DNA of 64,000 nucleotides from NCBI GenBank assembly GCA_050613775.1, contig JBODTK010000157.1, positions 62,001 through 126,000 on the forward strand, in the 5' to 3' direction. The translations under genes and the position numbers were made by a program. The stretch is from Neocallimastix sp. 'constans'. Lineage: Eukaryota. The notes beneath the pieces were generated by a model. That model was given only the letters and a program-made list of their open reading frames with translations, did no database searches and was not told where the DNA came from. Each line of letters opens with the position of its first letter. Positions within the stretch are counted from its first letter, which is position 1. This document shows positions 1 through 14,223 of the stretch, in pieces.

Positions 1-339
1 TAAATTTATTTCTAATAAATAATTAAATTTTAATAATATAAAGAAATAATAAATAATTAAATATAAATAATAAAATAATTAAATATATAAATGATTAATG
101 ATATATAACCCTAGTTCGAGGAAGTATTATTGGGATTAATTTATTAAATTTATTAAAGTTATTTATTTAATTTTATTACTATGATAAGTAAAAATATTTA
201 TACTTGATTATACATTTAAAACTATCAAACAACTTTCTCAGACTTTTTTTAATTCAGAAAAAATGGTTTTTTTTTTTATGTTATTTAGTTACAATCAACT
301 ATTTAATTAGTCGTTCCTGTGATTAAAATAAGTTCCCTT

Positions 340-1800
340 TACGTAAATTCAACCAAGTTGCAGGTAGTGAAATCTATGAATCTAGAATTCAATAAAACCG
401 GGTATTCTTTCTTACCTCTTTTTTTTTTTATTTTTTATTTTCGTTAACGTCATTATATTGAGGAGAATAATAAAGTATCGAAGATAGGTAGGGTAAAATC
501 AGGAGAAATCAATACCGATAGTCCAAAATATTTCTCTATATCTATATCCTTAGATTCTGGTGTTTCAAAAAGACAAAAGTAGTCGTATTCGTAGGACAAA
601 CGTAACACTATATTTTCGTTTTCAGCATTAATTGGTATATAAACTCTTCGAATATGCGATAACTTTTTGTAATAGGAACGTTTGCTTTGAGTTTGAACAG
701 CTATGAAAAATCATTCACAAAAATAGGATCTAATAGTATCGGATTTGACAATACTATATATAAACTAAAATTCAATTTGGACACAAAATTATTTGTGATT
801 AATTTTTTATTTTTATTTTCCATTTCAAAATATTTTTACTGTTCGGTATATGGAACAGCGGGAAGCAATCAATCCGATTACTTAAGAAGGACTAACTACA
901 ATTAAAATCGAAAAACACTTTTGCCATGCATAAATAGGTGTAAAATTTGTTGTCTCTATCACAATGTAAAGAATCTGGTGTAAGATAACTGTCGATCATT
1001 TCATTGATAATGCTAATGATTTCTTCTTTGGATTTTGGAGTGATTTCTGGAGAAGAATCAGGAATAATTATTTTTATATCTTCAATGACATTTTCTATAA
1101 TAATCTGTTTAATTTCACTCAATGAAAATTTAGGTTTTAAATAATGAAGAACATACACTAAAGAGATACTTTTCTTGTCATGTGATTTAATTCCTTTAAC
1201 TCCTAACAACTGGAAAAATAAGGAATAGTAAATTCGAATGGTTAAAAGAACAAGTCTTTTCATTTTCATTATCTTTTTTTTCTTCGATCTTTTTTTTTTT
1301 TTTTTTTTTTTGAAAAAGTATAATAGAAGTCAAAGTTTGTATGCTCATTACTAATTTTTTTTTTTATAGATTCATCAGTCTCTTTAGTATTCAGTATTAT
1401 TCTTACATATTCAATATATTTATAATACGTATACATTTCAAGCGATTGAAAATTTCATTCTCCATTATTCTATATATTCAATACAGTCTTTTTTATAGAT
1501 GAAAAAGGGAGTACAAAATAACTCTTGAGATACAATTACCTTCTCTATTTCATCTACTATAAATATATCGTCTATAGGTGTAGATATTCTTATTTAATAA
1601 GAGTTATGGACCAAAGAAATAAAATAGGTTTTTTCTGAATTATCAAATGATTGTATTTTTACTTCAGGAATAACAATGTCTAATGGATCTAATTTCCAGT
1701 TTTATATGTTTCAGAAATAGCTTGATATCAAATGATCTTTTTTATAACCATATTTATCAATAAACAATTTCATATAATCGATATTCTCTTTATCGTCCAT
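340..1800 (-). pseudogene. Degenerate coding-like remnant of unknown family (includes ORF 892-1269)
   Basis: Higher complexity than the flanks; ATG at 1800 opens MDDKENIDYMKLFIDKYGY; reading frames broken by stops and homopolymers; no motif recognised. Confidence 0.35.
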
Positions 1801-1859
1801 GTCGTCTTGGAATTATTTCTTTGTTAATAATTTAAAATTAATTTCTCACATATAATTAA

Positions 1860-1861
<2 letters not shown>

Positions 1862-1894
<33 letters not shown>

Positions 1895-2393
1895 CAATAA
1901 CTAATAACTAATAATAATAATCAATAACTAATGACTAATAATTATAATAATAATAATCAATAACTAATGACTAATAATTATAATAATAATAATCAATAAC
2001 TAATAACTAATAATTATAAAAATAATAATAATAAATAACTAATAACTAAATAATAATAATAATTAAAAACTAATAATAATAGTAATAACAATAATTATAA
2101 TAATCAATAACTAATAATAATAATAATAATAATTATAATGATCAGTGACTAATAACTAATAATAATAATAATAATTATAATAATAATTATGATAATAAAT
2201 AACTAATAACTAATAATAATAATAATAATCAATAACTAATAAATAATAATAATAATAATAATAATCAATAACTAATAATTAATAACTAATAATAATAATA
2301 ATAATCAATAACTAATAACTAATAATAATAATAATCAATAACTAATAACTAATAATTATAATAATCAATAACTAATAACTAATAACTAATAAC

Positions 2394-2426
<33 letters not shown>

Positions 2427-2905
2427 TAATTATAATAATCAATAACTAATAACTAATAATAATAATAATCAATAACTAATAACTAATAATTATAATAATC
2501 AATAACTAATAACTAATAACTAATAACTAATAATAATAATAATAATAATAATAACAATAATTATAATAATCAATAACTAATAACTAATAATAATAATAAT
2601 CAATAACTAATAATTATAATAATAATAATCAATAACTAATAACTAATAATAATAATCAATAACTAATAACTAATAATAATCAATAACTAATAACTAATAA
2701 TTATAATAATAATAATCAATAACTAAAAACTAATAATTATAATAATTATAATCAATAACTAAAAACTAACAATTATAATAATAATAATCAATAACTAATA
2801 ACTAATAATTATAATAATAATAATCAATAACTAATAACTAATAATAATAATAATCAATAACTAATAACTAATAATTATAATAATCAATAACTAATAACTA
2901 ATAAC

Positions 2906-2976
<71 letters not shown>

Positions 2977-3030
2977 TAATAATAATAATAATAATAATAA
3001 TATAATAATAATAATATAATAATAATAATA
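1862..3030. repeat. Compound (AAT)n / CAATAACTAATAACT satellite
   Basis: Directly visible. Confidence 0.95.
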
Positions 3031-4735
3031 ACTTCACTCATTTACTCATTGATTACATTTCGCTCATTCTCGACTGATCTCGAGCCTCTACGCAGCTTCA
3101 CTACGTTACGTGCTCGATCTCTCGTCTACATTCGCTTCATTTCGTTTAACCATTCGTTCGTTTTCATTCATAATTATCAGTATTTTTAGGTTATATTTTG
3201 ATATAGTTTTTGATATATTTTAGCATAAAAACCATAGTTGTTATATTATATATTTTTAATATGGAGCCTTAATTAATTAAACAATATAGTATAGTTTTAG
3301 TATAATTGAACAATTAAACCCTATGGTTTATTAATATTTATAAATCACTCGATTTTCATTAACGATAAAACAGCTATGATTTAACATAAATGACGATGAA
3401 AACACATATTGTTAATTGACGATAAAACCTGTATTGTTTATATAAACATAAGGCTATATTGATATATATTGAACATATATGCATATATTGTTAATTGAAT
3501 AATTTAGCTATGTTGTTTATTTATTTATACAAGTTCCAGAAATTCAATGAACACTAAAACAGCTATGAATTAATATAAATGATAGTTGTTTTTAGCATTT
3601 GCAAGCCTAGCTAGTTTGAGGATATCTGAGCATATATTTAGCATACTGAACGATCAAAAGCATATGTCGTTCAACTAGCTAGATTTTTACATAACTAACC
3701 TATATTGTTTATATATATATTAAATAACGATTATTGTTTATATTATTAAATATAAAAGATTATTGCTAATATTATTATATAAACTATTGTTGTTAATATC
3801 TTATATAAAATATTATTGTTAATATTATTATATAAATATTATTGCAATATGCTGATTTTGAATGCCTTTTTGATACAAACTAGCTATATTTATCAATAAA
3901 CAATGCAAAACATATATGGTTAATCATATACAATCATAGCATATTTATTCTTTAAGGCATTCAAAATCGAAACTATTATTATATCATATATATTGATAGT
4001 ATAAGCAATATAAGCTGTTTGATTGTATTTTGTATGCCAAATATATGCAAATATTATTCAAACTAGTATCAACTTAAACAACCATAGTTTATATATATAT
4101 TTTGATGAACATTGATGCTAAATGGCATACAAATACAATATATCAACATTCTGGAACATTTATATATTAATAAACCATATAGGGTTTTGATGCTAAAACT
4201 ATGCTAAAACAAATACGCTGATTCATCAAAAAAATAAACAAAAAAAAAAAAATAAAATAAAATAAATAAAAAATACAATCATACACATACATAGTTTTAG
4301 CATAAACATAGCATAAATATACATATATTAGCAATATATGCTTATATTATTATTAATATTTCAAAAAGCTATGTCGTTAATTAATTAAATATATACATAT
4401 ATTGCTAATATATATACATATCAGCTATATTGTTTATATATAGGATATAGGTATATTGTTTAATTAATTTTAAATGTTATATGGTTTATATAAACATAAC
4501 AGCTATATTGTTTAATTAATTATAAAAACTATATTGTTTATTATGAACGACTTAGCTATATTGTTTAATTAACTATCAAAGCTATATGGTTTATATATAT
4601 ATGATATAGCTATATTGTTTATTTAAATATATAAAAGCTGTATTGTTTAATTAAATATCAAAGCTGTATTGTTAATTGAATATACAAAACATATATGGTT
4701 TATATAAAATCATAGCTATATTGTTCATTGAATTA
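3031..4735. mobile_element. Non-coding foldback-like element: structured core, arm and modular AGCTATATTGTTTA subrepeats with nested inverted repeats
   Basis: 3031-3250 matches 16220-16430; inverted repeats at 3854-3868/3954-3968 and 3316-3337/4164-4187; tandem modules at 4365-4735. Confidence 0.55.
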
Positions 4736-5059
4736 TAATAATAATAATAATAATTATAATAATTAATAACTAATAACTAATAATAATAATAATAACAATA
4801 ATAACAATAATAATTATAATAATCAATAACTAATAACTAATAATAATAATAACAATAATAATTATAATAATCAATAACTAATAACTAATAATAATAATAA
4901 CAATAATTATAATTATAATAATCAATAACAAATATTAATAATAACTATTAACTAATAATAATAATAACAATAATAATTATAATAATCAATAACTAATAAC
5001 TAATAATAATCAGTAACAAATAACTAATAATAATAAAACAATAATTCTAATTCTAATTC

Positions 5060-5150
<91 letters not shown>

Positions 5151-5580
5151 CAATAATCAATAATCAATAATCAATAACTAATAATAATCAATAACAAATA
5201 TTATAATCAAAAACAAATAACTAATACTAATCAATAACAAATATTATAATCAAAAACAAATAACTAATACTAATCAATAACAAATATTATAATCAAAAAC
5301 AAATAACTAATACTAATCAATAACAAATATTATAATCAATAACTAATAACTAATAATAATAATAATAACAATAATAACAATAATAATTATAATAATCAAT
5401 AACTAATAATAATAATAACAATAACAATAATAATTATAATTATAATAATCAATAACTAATAACTAATAATAATAATAACAATAATAATTATAATTATAAT
5501 AATCAATAACAAATATAATAATCAATAACAAATATAATAATCAATAACTAATAAACTAATAATAATCAGTAACAAATAAC

Positions 5581-5617
<37 letters not shown>

Positions 5618-5991
5618 TCAATAACAAATAACTAATAATAATCAATAACAAATATTATAATCAATAACTAATAACTAATAATAATAATAATAACAATAAT
5701 AACAATAATAATTATAATAATCAATAACTAATAACTAATAATAATAATAACAATAATTATAATAATCAATAACTAATAACTAATAATAATAATAACAATA
5801 ATAATTATAATTATAATAATCAATAACAAATATAATAATCAATAATAAATATAATAATCAATAACTAATAAACTAATAATAATCAGTAACAAATATTATA
5901 ATCAATAATAATAATAATAATAATAAATAATCAATAACAAATAACTAATAATAATCAATAACAATAACTAATAATAATAAAACAATAATTC

Positions 5992-6049
<58 letters not shown>

Positions 6050-6110
6050 CAATAACTAATAACTAATAATAATAATAATAATAATTAATAATTAATAACT
6101 AATAATTCTA
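4736..6110. repeat. Compound AAT satellite (same vocabulary as 1862-3030)
   Basis: Directly visible. Confidence 0.95.
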
Positions 6111-6254
6111 ATACTACTATTAATAATACTACATATATACTAATAGTAATAATTTAATATTTATTTTAATGATAAGTTTTTAGAAAATTAAAACATTATC
6201 CCAAAACATCGGAAAAATATAATTCTTTTTTCTTTTTTTTTTTTATTCAACAAT

Positions 6255-6543
6255 AAAAAAATATTTCTAAAATCATATGTAATGAATTTATATATAAAAC
6301 ATTTTTTCTATTTTTTTAATATTCTTATGATAAAAATATAAATTATTAAAAAAATATTTCTAAAATCATGTGTAATGAATAAATATATAAAACATTTTTT
6401 CTATTTTTTTTAATATTATTCTTATGATAAAAATATAAATTATTAAAAAAATATTTCTAAAATCATATGTAATGAATAAATATATAAAACATTTTTTCTA
6501 TTTTTTTAATATTATTCTTATATGATAAAAATATAAATTATTA
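6255..6543. repeat. Tandem repeat, ~95-bp unit x3
   Basis: aaaatatttctaaaatcat...gataaaaatataaattatt occurs three times. Confidence 0.9.
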
Positions 6544-7084
6544 AATTAAAAACAAAAACATACAATTATTTAAAACAATGAGCATAGAGAATAACATAAA
6601 ACAATGAGTATAGAGAATAATACAATTAAATGTTTCTTATTATTAATAACTATGAAATATTTGATTTTTATTAAATGTGAAAATTTATTAAATTTTTAAT
6701 TTTTTTTTTTTTTTCTTTTATAAACCAAACGAAATTTGCAAAATAAATTAATATTTTAATATTGTTAAAGAATAGTTAATATATATATGTTTTATTTACT
6801 ATTTTATTTGATTATAAATAATACATAACTAAATAAATAATTAAATCAAAAAGTAAAACTAAATAACTAAATAACTAAATAACTAAATAAATAAATAAAT
6901 AAAAAACTAAATAAATAAATAAAAACTAAATAAATAAATTAAAAAAGTAAATAAATAAATTAAAAAATAAATAAATAAATAAATTTAAATAAAATTTTTT
7001 TTTTTTTTTTTTCATAATTCACCAAAATAAACATTTTAATATTGATTAAAGTTTTTAATTAGAATATTCAAAAGAATGAAAATA

Positions 7085-7282
7085 AAATAAAATAAAATAA
7101 AATAAAATGAAGAGTAGAATATGAATATAAAGTACAGATTGAATAAAATAAAATAAAATGAATAGTAGAATATGAATATAAAGTACAGATTGAATAAAAT
7201 AAAATAAAATGAATAGTAGAATATGAATATAAAGTACAGATTGAATAAAATAAAATAAATAGAATATGAATATAAAGTACAG
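7085..7282. repeat. Minisatellite, 51-bp unit, ~3.5-4 copies
   Basis: agtacag anchors at 7131, 7182, 7233 and 7276. Confidence 0.9.
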
Positions 7283-8540
7283 GTTGCACTGAATGATTTA
7301 GTTCAAATTGACAATATTTAACTTAGATAATGCCTTGATTGATCGTATTCTTCTTATACCATTTACCCAACAATTCATAAATAAGATGAATATATCTGTT
7401 TTATCTTCAACTCAAATATCAATAACCCTTCAATAAAAAGAGCTAATACATATAAAATTTAATCAGAAAAGCATTTTTCTAAATTTTAAGATCTTAATTA
7501 TTATGATTGAGCCAAATAATAATCTCGAAAAGTATATATTATATAATGAAATATATAGTACAATTTGTAATATATAAAAAAATGAAATAAAATAATTTAA
7601 TTAAAAAGATAAATTAATAATAACCCATGAAAGAAACGTGTTTTAAACTAAAATTTACCTATTGATATTAAAAAGACATTTTAAAACTATATAAATATAT
7701 ATATTCAAAAAATATTCTTAATATTAAAAATAGAAAATAAATAAGAAAATAAATAAAAAAATCTAAGTTTAACTTTTATTTTAATCATATTTTAAATTTA
7801 TTCTAATCTTATTTTTAAATTTATTCTAATCTTATTTTAAATTTATTCTAATCTTATTTTAAATTTATTTTAAAGTTATTTTAAATTTATTTTAATTTTA
7901 TTTTAAATTTATTTTAATATTATTTTAAAATAATTGTACTAATTTTAAAGTTTATTGGAGGAATATTTAATTTCAACATTATTAAATAATAGATTAATAG
8001 AATTAAATATTTATATTAAAATTTATAATCATTACAAATAAAATTATAAGTTTATATTGTTATTATAAAAAACAAATTTAAAAATTTAAATAATAGATGA
8101 TTAAAATTAATTAATATTTATTTATTTGATCATTGATCATTATTATTATTTATTTATTTTATTTTATTTTTAATTTTTTTTTTTTTAAATTTGATTATTA
8201 ATTAATATATTTAATTCGAAACTATATTTGATATTTTTTATTTTATTTTATTTTATTTTTTGTTTTATATTAATTAATATGTTTAATTCTAAACTTTAAA
8301 TCTATTAATTATTTATTTAATTTTTATTTAAGTTTTATTTAATTTTTATTTTTATTTTATTTTTATTTTATTTTTATTTTATTTTAATTGATTTATTAAT
8401 TAATTTATACTTAATTTCGAAATCTTATATTTGATATTTTTTAATTTTATTTTTAATATAATAATGTAAAACTAAAGAGTATTATTTGCTATTATGTAAT
8501 TAAAAATATAATTTATAACAAATAAAGTTTTAATCAATAC

Positions 8541-8599
8541 TATAAATACTGAAATATTTCGCGTTCCTTTTTTGGAAATCTAATACCTTTTGATAAGGA
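8541..8599 (+). promoter_or_regulatory. Putative GH1 promoter/5' motif: TATAAA, pyrimidine tract, CCTTTTGATAAGGA
   Basis: The same arrangement occurs upstream of copies 2 and 3 despite otherwise unalignable flanks. Confidence 0.55.
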
Positions 8600-8729
8600 T
8601 TAATTCTATATTATTAAAAAATAATAATAATAAAAAAAAATAATTTCAAATATTATTTTTACTTATAAGTTATTAATAATATTATTTATATTTATTTATT
8701 AAAATTAATTTAATAATATATAAAAAAAA

Positions 8730-10688
8730 ATGAAGACTCTTACTATTTTCACTACTTTATTAGCTGTTTCTGCTGCTAAGAAGTGCATTGTTAAGGAACC
8801 AGCTAATGCTGCTGAAGTTGCCGATGTTGCTTCTGAAGCTGAAACTGAAGCTGCCGTCGTTTCTGATGATGAAACTAAACCAATCGAAGATGATGAAGAT
8901 TCTGCTGATGAACCAGAAAAGAAGGGAAAACTCCCATCTGACTTCAAATGGGGTGCTGCTACTGCTGCTTACCAAGTTGAAGGTGCCTGGAATGTAGATG
9001 GTCGTGGTGAATCTGTCTGGGATCACTTCACTCACCTCTACCCAAAGAACGTTGAATCTGGTGACAGATCTAACAAAGATTCCACTAACGGTAATGTTGC
9101 TTGTGATTCTTACCACAAGTTCGATGAAGATGTTAAGATGATGAAAATCATGAACGCTAATCACTACCGTTTCTCCATTTCTTGGTCTCGTCTTTTCCCA
9201 AAGGGTGTAGCTAAGAAGGTTAATGGTAAATGGGAAGTTAACGAAAAGGGTGTTGAATACTATGATATGGTTATTAACACTCTTCTTGAAAACAACATTA
9301 CTCCACTCGCTACTCTTTACCACTGGGATATGCCATATGCTCTTCATGAAAAGTATGGTGGTTGGTTAGATTACCGTTCCCAATTCGATTTCGCCAACTA
9401 CGCTGAATTCTGTTTCGAACACTTTGGTGATCGTGTTAAGGGATGGATTACCATTAATGAACCATGGGTTAACTGTGTTGCCGGTTACAAGAATGGTCCA
9501 GGTAAGGCTCCATACAGATGTACTGGTGAAGCTCCACGTAAGCTTGCCAATGACACCACTGGTCTTGATTTAGAAGGAGGTTGTTCCTATGAAATTGGTC
9601 CAACTAAGTACACCAAGGATTCTGAAGAACTTCCAGCTAATCGTCCACCACAAAAGTTAGAAGATGTCTGGTGTTCTCACAACATTCTTCTTGGTCACGC
9701 TCAAGCTGTCAAGGTTTACCGTGAAAAGTTCCAAAAGAAGCAAAAGGGTCTCATTGGTATTACCATTGATGGTGAAGCACAAATTCCATACGAAGAAGCT
9801 GGTATGAGTGAAGAAGAATATGAAAACAACAAGAAGTACGCTAACTTAGCTGCTGAATTCCGTATTGGTTGGTACTCTGATCCAGTTATTTTCGGTGATT
9901 ACCCAGAATCCGTTAAGCAAAGAAATGGTAAGGATTTACCAGAATTCACAGCTGAAGAAAAGAAGTTATTAAAGGGATCCTCCTCTGACTTCTTAGGTTG
10001 GAACACTTACACTTCTCACTGGGCTGCTCAAGTCAAGAATGAAGATGGTAGCTATGTTGAACCACCAAGTGATGAAGAAGCTAGCTACGATAACTCTAAG
10101 AGAGATATGTGGGATGATAACTGTAAGGGACGTGGAGATGGTTGGACTTGTATTCCACCAACTCTTGGTTCTCAAGCTGGTTCATCCTGGAACACCAAGT
10201 ATGGTCCAACTATTCGTGTTGGTCTTAACTGGTTCTCTAAGCGTTATGAAGGTCTCATCAAGAACGGTATCATTATTACCGAAAACGGTTGTGCCCAACC
10301 AAACTACAAGGTTAGCCGTGCCAATGATCAAGTTACTCTTGATTACTGGAAGTCTATTGGTAAGGAAGAATATGCAGATACCTATGATGAAGACATTATT
10401 GAAAATGAAAAGAATCTTGATGGTACTCTTATCCACGATACCTACCGTATTGACTGGTACAAGCAATACCTTGAAAACCTTCGTCTTGCTTATGTCGAAG
10501 ATGGTGTTGATGTTCGTGGTTACATGGCCTGGTCTTTAGTTGATAACTTCGAATGGGAAAATGGTTATGAAACTCGTTTCGGTATGAGTTACATTGACTT
10601 CTACAATGACAAGGATTTAAAGCGTGTTCCAAAGGATTCTCTTACCTTCCTTGGTCAATGGTACTTAGAAAATGTTGAACAAGAGTAA
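8730..10688 (+). CDS. bglA: Secreted glycoside hydrolase family 1 beta-glucosidase, copy 1 (652 aa, intronless, no dockerin seen)
   Basis: Signal peptide MKTLTIFTTLLAVSAA; GH1 N-terminal signature FKWGAATAAYQVEGAW; acid/base motif TINEP; nucleophile motif IITENG; C-terminal WSLVDNFEW..GY..RFG. Resembles anaerobic-fungal BglA/Cel1A-type enzymes from memory. Confidence 0.96.
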   Translation: MKTLTIFTTLLAVSAAKKCIVKEPANAAEVADVASEAETEAAVVSDDETKPIEDDEDSADEPEKKGKLPSDFKWGAATAAYQVEGAWNVDGRGESVWDHFTHLYPKNVESGDRSNKDSTNGNVACDSYHKFDEDVKMMKIMNANHYRFSISWSRLFPKGVAKKVNGKWEVNEKGVEYYDMVINTLLENNITPLATLYHWDMPYALHEKYGGWLDYRSQFDFANYAEFCFEHFGDRVKGWITINEPWVNCVAGYKNGPGKAPYRCTGEAPRKLANDTTGLDLEGGCSYEIGPTKYTKDSEELPANRPPQKLEDVWCSHNILLGHAQAVKVYREKFQKKQKGLIGITIDGEAQIPYEEAGMSEEEYENNKKYANLAAEFRIGWYSDPVIFGDYPESVKQRNGKDLPEFTAEEKKLLKGSSSDFLGWNTYTSHWAAQVKNEDGSYVEPPSDEEASYDNSKRDMWDDNCKGRGDGWTCIPPTLGSQAGSSWNTKYGPTIRVGLNWFSKRYEGLIKNGIIITENGCAQPNYKVSRANDQVTLDYWKSIGKEEYADTYDEDIIENEKNLDGTLIHDTYRIDWYKQYLENLRLAYVEDGVDVRGYMAWSLVDNFEWENGYETRFGMSYIDFYNDKDLKRVPKDSLTFLGQWYLENVEQE

Positions 10689-11136
10689 ATATTTTAAAAA
10701 AAATATGAAATAAAAGAGTCATAGATATTATTATAATTATAAGTAAAAATAATAATATAAGAAGAAACTATCATTAATATAGAATTCGTAAAAAATATAC
10801 ACAAAGTATTTTTCACAAAAAAAGAAAATTGCGATTTAACAAGAAAAAAATGATATTGATTATTATTTAAACATAAAAAAAAAAAAAAAAAAATTAATAA
10901 AATTAAATAACATTAAAAAAATTTGTAATTGTAATTTGTGTGTGATTATGTGTGTTAAATAATTAAAAAATTTATGTTTTTTTTTTTTCATTTTTATTTG
11001 AATTATTGGGAATAATTTTTGACAATACTTTCTCTTTATTTGAATTATTGTGTAGTGGAACATTTTCTTTATATTTTAAATGATTATTAAAAAATATATA
11101 TGAAGGGAGTAATTATATTCGTTTGATCATTTAAAT

Positions 11137-11450
11137 TATTATGTTTATAGTTTAGATTATGTTCATTTGAAATATTATGTTTATAGTTTAGATTATGTTC
11201 ATTTGAAATATTATTACTATAGTTTAGATTATGTTCATTCGAAATATTATGTTTATAGTTTAGATTATGTTCATTTGAAATATTATGTTTATAGTTTAGA
11301 TTATGTTCACTTGAAATATTATGTTTATAGTTTAGATTATGTTCATTTGAAATATTATGTTTATAGTTTAGATTATGTTCATTTGAAATATTATGTTTAT
11401 AGTTTAGATTATGTTCATTTGAAATATTATGTTTATAGTTTAGATTATAT
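11137..11450. repeat. Minisatellite, 36-bp unit, ~9 copies
   Basis: atttgaaatattatgtttatagtttagattatgttc head-to-tail with no spacers. Confidence 0.95.
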
Positions 11451-11755
11451 GTTTTTTTCTTCATTAAATTAAAATTAATGGAGATTGAATACTTATAATA
11501 TATATATATATATTATAAGTAAATGAAATAAATAATACTAAATATAAAATAAATAAACCCAACAAATTTTAAATTTGCAGATTGATTGATATATTTCGTT
11601 ATCATTATTATTCTTGATGTTTTCTCTTAATTTTAATTTGTTTAAACTTTGAATTAATTTTCCCATAGTTGTAGTATTTTTGTTACCAATACGTAAACCC
11701 AACTTATAGATTTTTTAAAATCATACTATATTTAAAAAGATAATTCAAAATTATT

Positions 11756-11800
<45 letters not shown>

Positions 11801-11869
11801 TATTATGATTATATATAATAATCGCTAGTTATATAGTTATTTAGATTTAAGATAAGAAGTATTAACTTA

Positions 11870-11871
<2 letters not shown>

Positions 11872-11904
<33 letters not shown>

Positions 11905-12630
11905 TAATAATAACAATAATAATTATAACAATAATAATTATAATATCAATAACTAATAACTAATAATAATAACACTTTTAATACTTATAATAATCAGTAA
12001 TAAATAACTAATAATAATAATAATAATAACAATAATAATTATAATAATCAATAACTAATAACTAATAATAATAATAACACTTTTAATACTTATAATAATC
12101 AGTAACAAATAACTAATAATAATAATAATAATAACAATATAAATAACTAATAATAATAATAATAATAATAACAATAATAATTATAATAATCAATAACTAA
12201 TAACTAATAATAATAATAACACTTTTAATACTTATAATAATCAGTAACAAATAACTAATAATAATAATAATAATAATAACAATAATAATTATAATAATCA
12301 ATAACAAATAACTAATAATAATAATAATAATAATAACAATAATAATTATAATAATCAATAACTAATAACTAATAATAATAACACTTTTAATACTTATAAT
12401 AATCAGTAATAAATAACTAATAATAATAATAATAATAATAACAATAATAATTATAATAATCAATAACTAATAACTAATAATAATAATAACACTTTTAATA
12501 CTTATAATAATCAGTAACAAATAACTAATAATAATAATAATAATAATAACAATAATAATTATAATAATCAATAACTAATAACTAATAATAATAACACTTT
12601 TAATACTTATAATAATCAGTAATAAATAAC

Positions 12631-12670
<40 letters not shown>

Positions 12671-12836
12671 TATAATAATCAATAACTAATAACTAATAAT
12701 AATAATAACACTTTTAATAGTAACAAATAACTAATAATAATAATAATAATAATAACAATAATAATTATAATAATCAATAACTAATAACTAATTATAATAA
12801 CACTTTTAATACTTATAATAATCAGTAACAAATAAC

Positions 12837-12876
<40 letters not shown>

Positions 12877-12937
12877 TATAATAATCAATAACTAATAACT
12901 AATAATAATAATAACACTTTTAATAGTAACAAATAAC

Positions 12938-12974
<37 letters not shown>

Positions 12975-13048
12975 TATAATAATCATTAACTAATAACTAA
13001 TAATAATAATAACACTTTTAATACTTATAATAATCAGTAACAAATAAC

Positions 13049-13099
<51 letters not shown>

Positions 13100-13285
13100 T
13101 AATAATTATAATAATCAATAACTAATAACTAATAATAATAATAACACTTTTAATACTTATAATGATCAGTAACAAATAACTAATAATAATAATAATAATA
13201 ATAACAATAATAATTATAATAATCAATAACTAATAACTAATTATAATAACACTTTTAATACTTATAATAATCAGTAACAAATAAC

Positions 13286-13333
<48 letters not shown>

Positions 13334-13468
13334 TAATAATTATAATAATCAATAACTAATAACTAATAATAATAATAATAATAACAATAATAATTATAAT
13401 AATCAATAACTAATAACTAATAATAATAATAACACTTTTAATACTTATAATAATCAGTAACAAATAAC

Positions 13469-13513
<45 letters not shown>

Positions 13514-13587
13514 TAATAATTATAATAATCAATAACTAATAATAATAATAACACTTTTAATACTTATAATAATCAGTAACAAATAAC

Positions 13588-13629
<42 letters not shown>

Positions 13630-13697
13630 TAATAATTATAATAATCAATAACTAATAACTAATAATAATAATAACACTTTTAATAGTAACAAATAAC

Positions 13698-13728
<31 letters not shown>

Positions 13729-13802
13729 TATAATAATCATTAACTAATAACTAATAATAATAATAACACTTTTAATACTTATAATAATCAGTAACAAATA
13801 AC

Positions 13803-13847
<45 letters not shown>

Positions 13848-13863
13848 TAATAATTATAATAAT

Positions 13864-13912
<49 letters not shown>

Positions 13913-13990
13913 TAATTATAATAATCATTAACTAATAACTAATAATAATAATAACACTTTTAATACTTATAATAATCAGTAACAAATAAC

Positions 13991-14041
<51 letters not shown>

Positions 14042-14058
14042 TAATAATTATAATAATC

Positions 14059-14110
<52 letters not shown>
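11872..14110. repeat. Higher-order AAT satellite with ~85-100-bp unit (aacacttttaatacttataataatcagtaacaaataact...)
   Basis: A fixed anchor recurs about 20 times, separated by variable (AAT)n. Confidence 0.95.
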
Positions 14111-14112
<2 letters not shown>

Positions 14113-14223
14113 GCTATTTATTATTACAATTAATAAGAATATAAAAAAAATAATATAAATAATACAATGAATAAAATTTATCATTTCATCATATTCATGT
14201 TTTTTTATTATCTTATTTTATTT

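Noticed and set aside
8705..10632. Antisense and alternate-frame ORFs overlapping each GH1 copy (195, 166, 94 aa etc.)
   Set aside because: Shadows of strong codon bias; they recur only because the GH1 CDS is duplicated.
11137..11450. 36-bp repeats of CRISPR-like length and the ORFs 11087-11464 and 11167-11472
   Set aside because: Units are contiguous with no unique spacers, no cas genes, eukaryotic context; it is a minisatellite.
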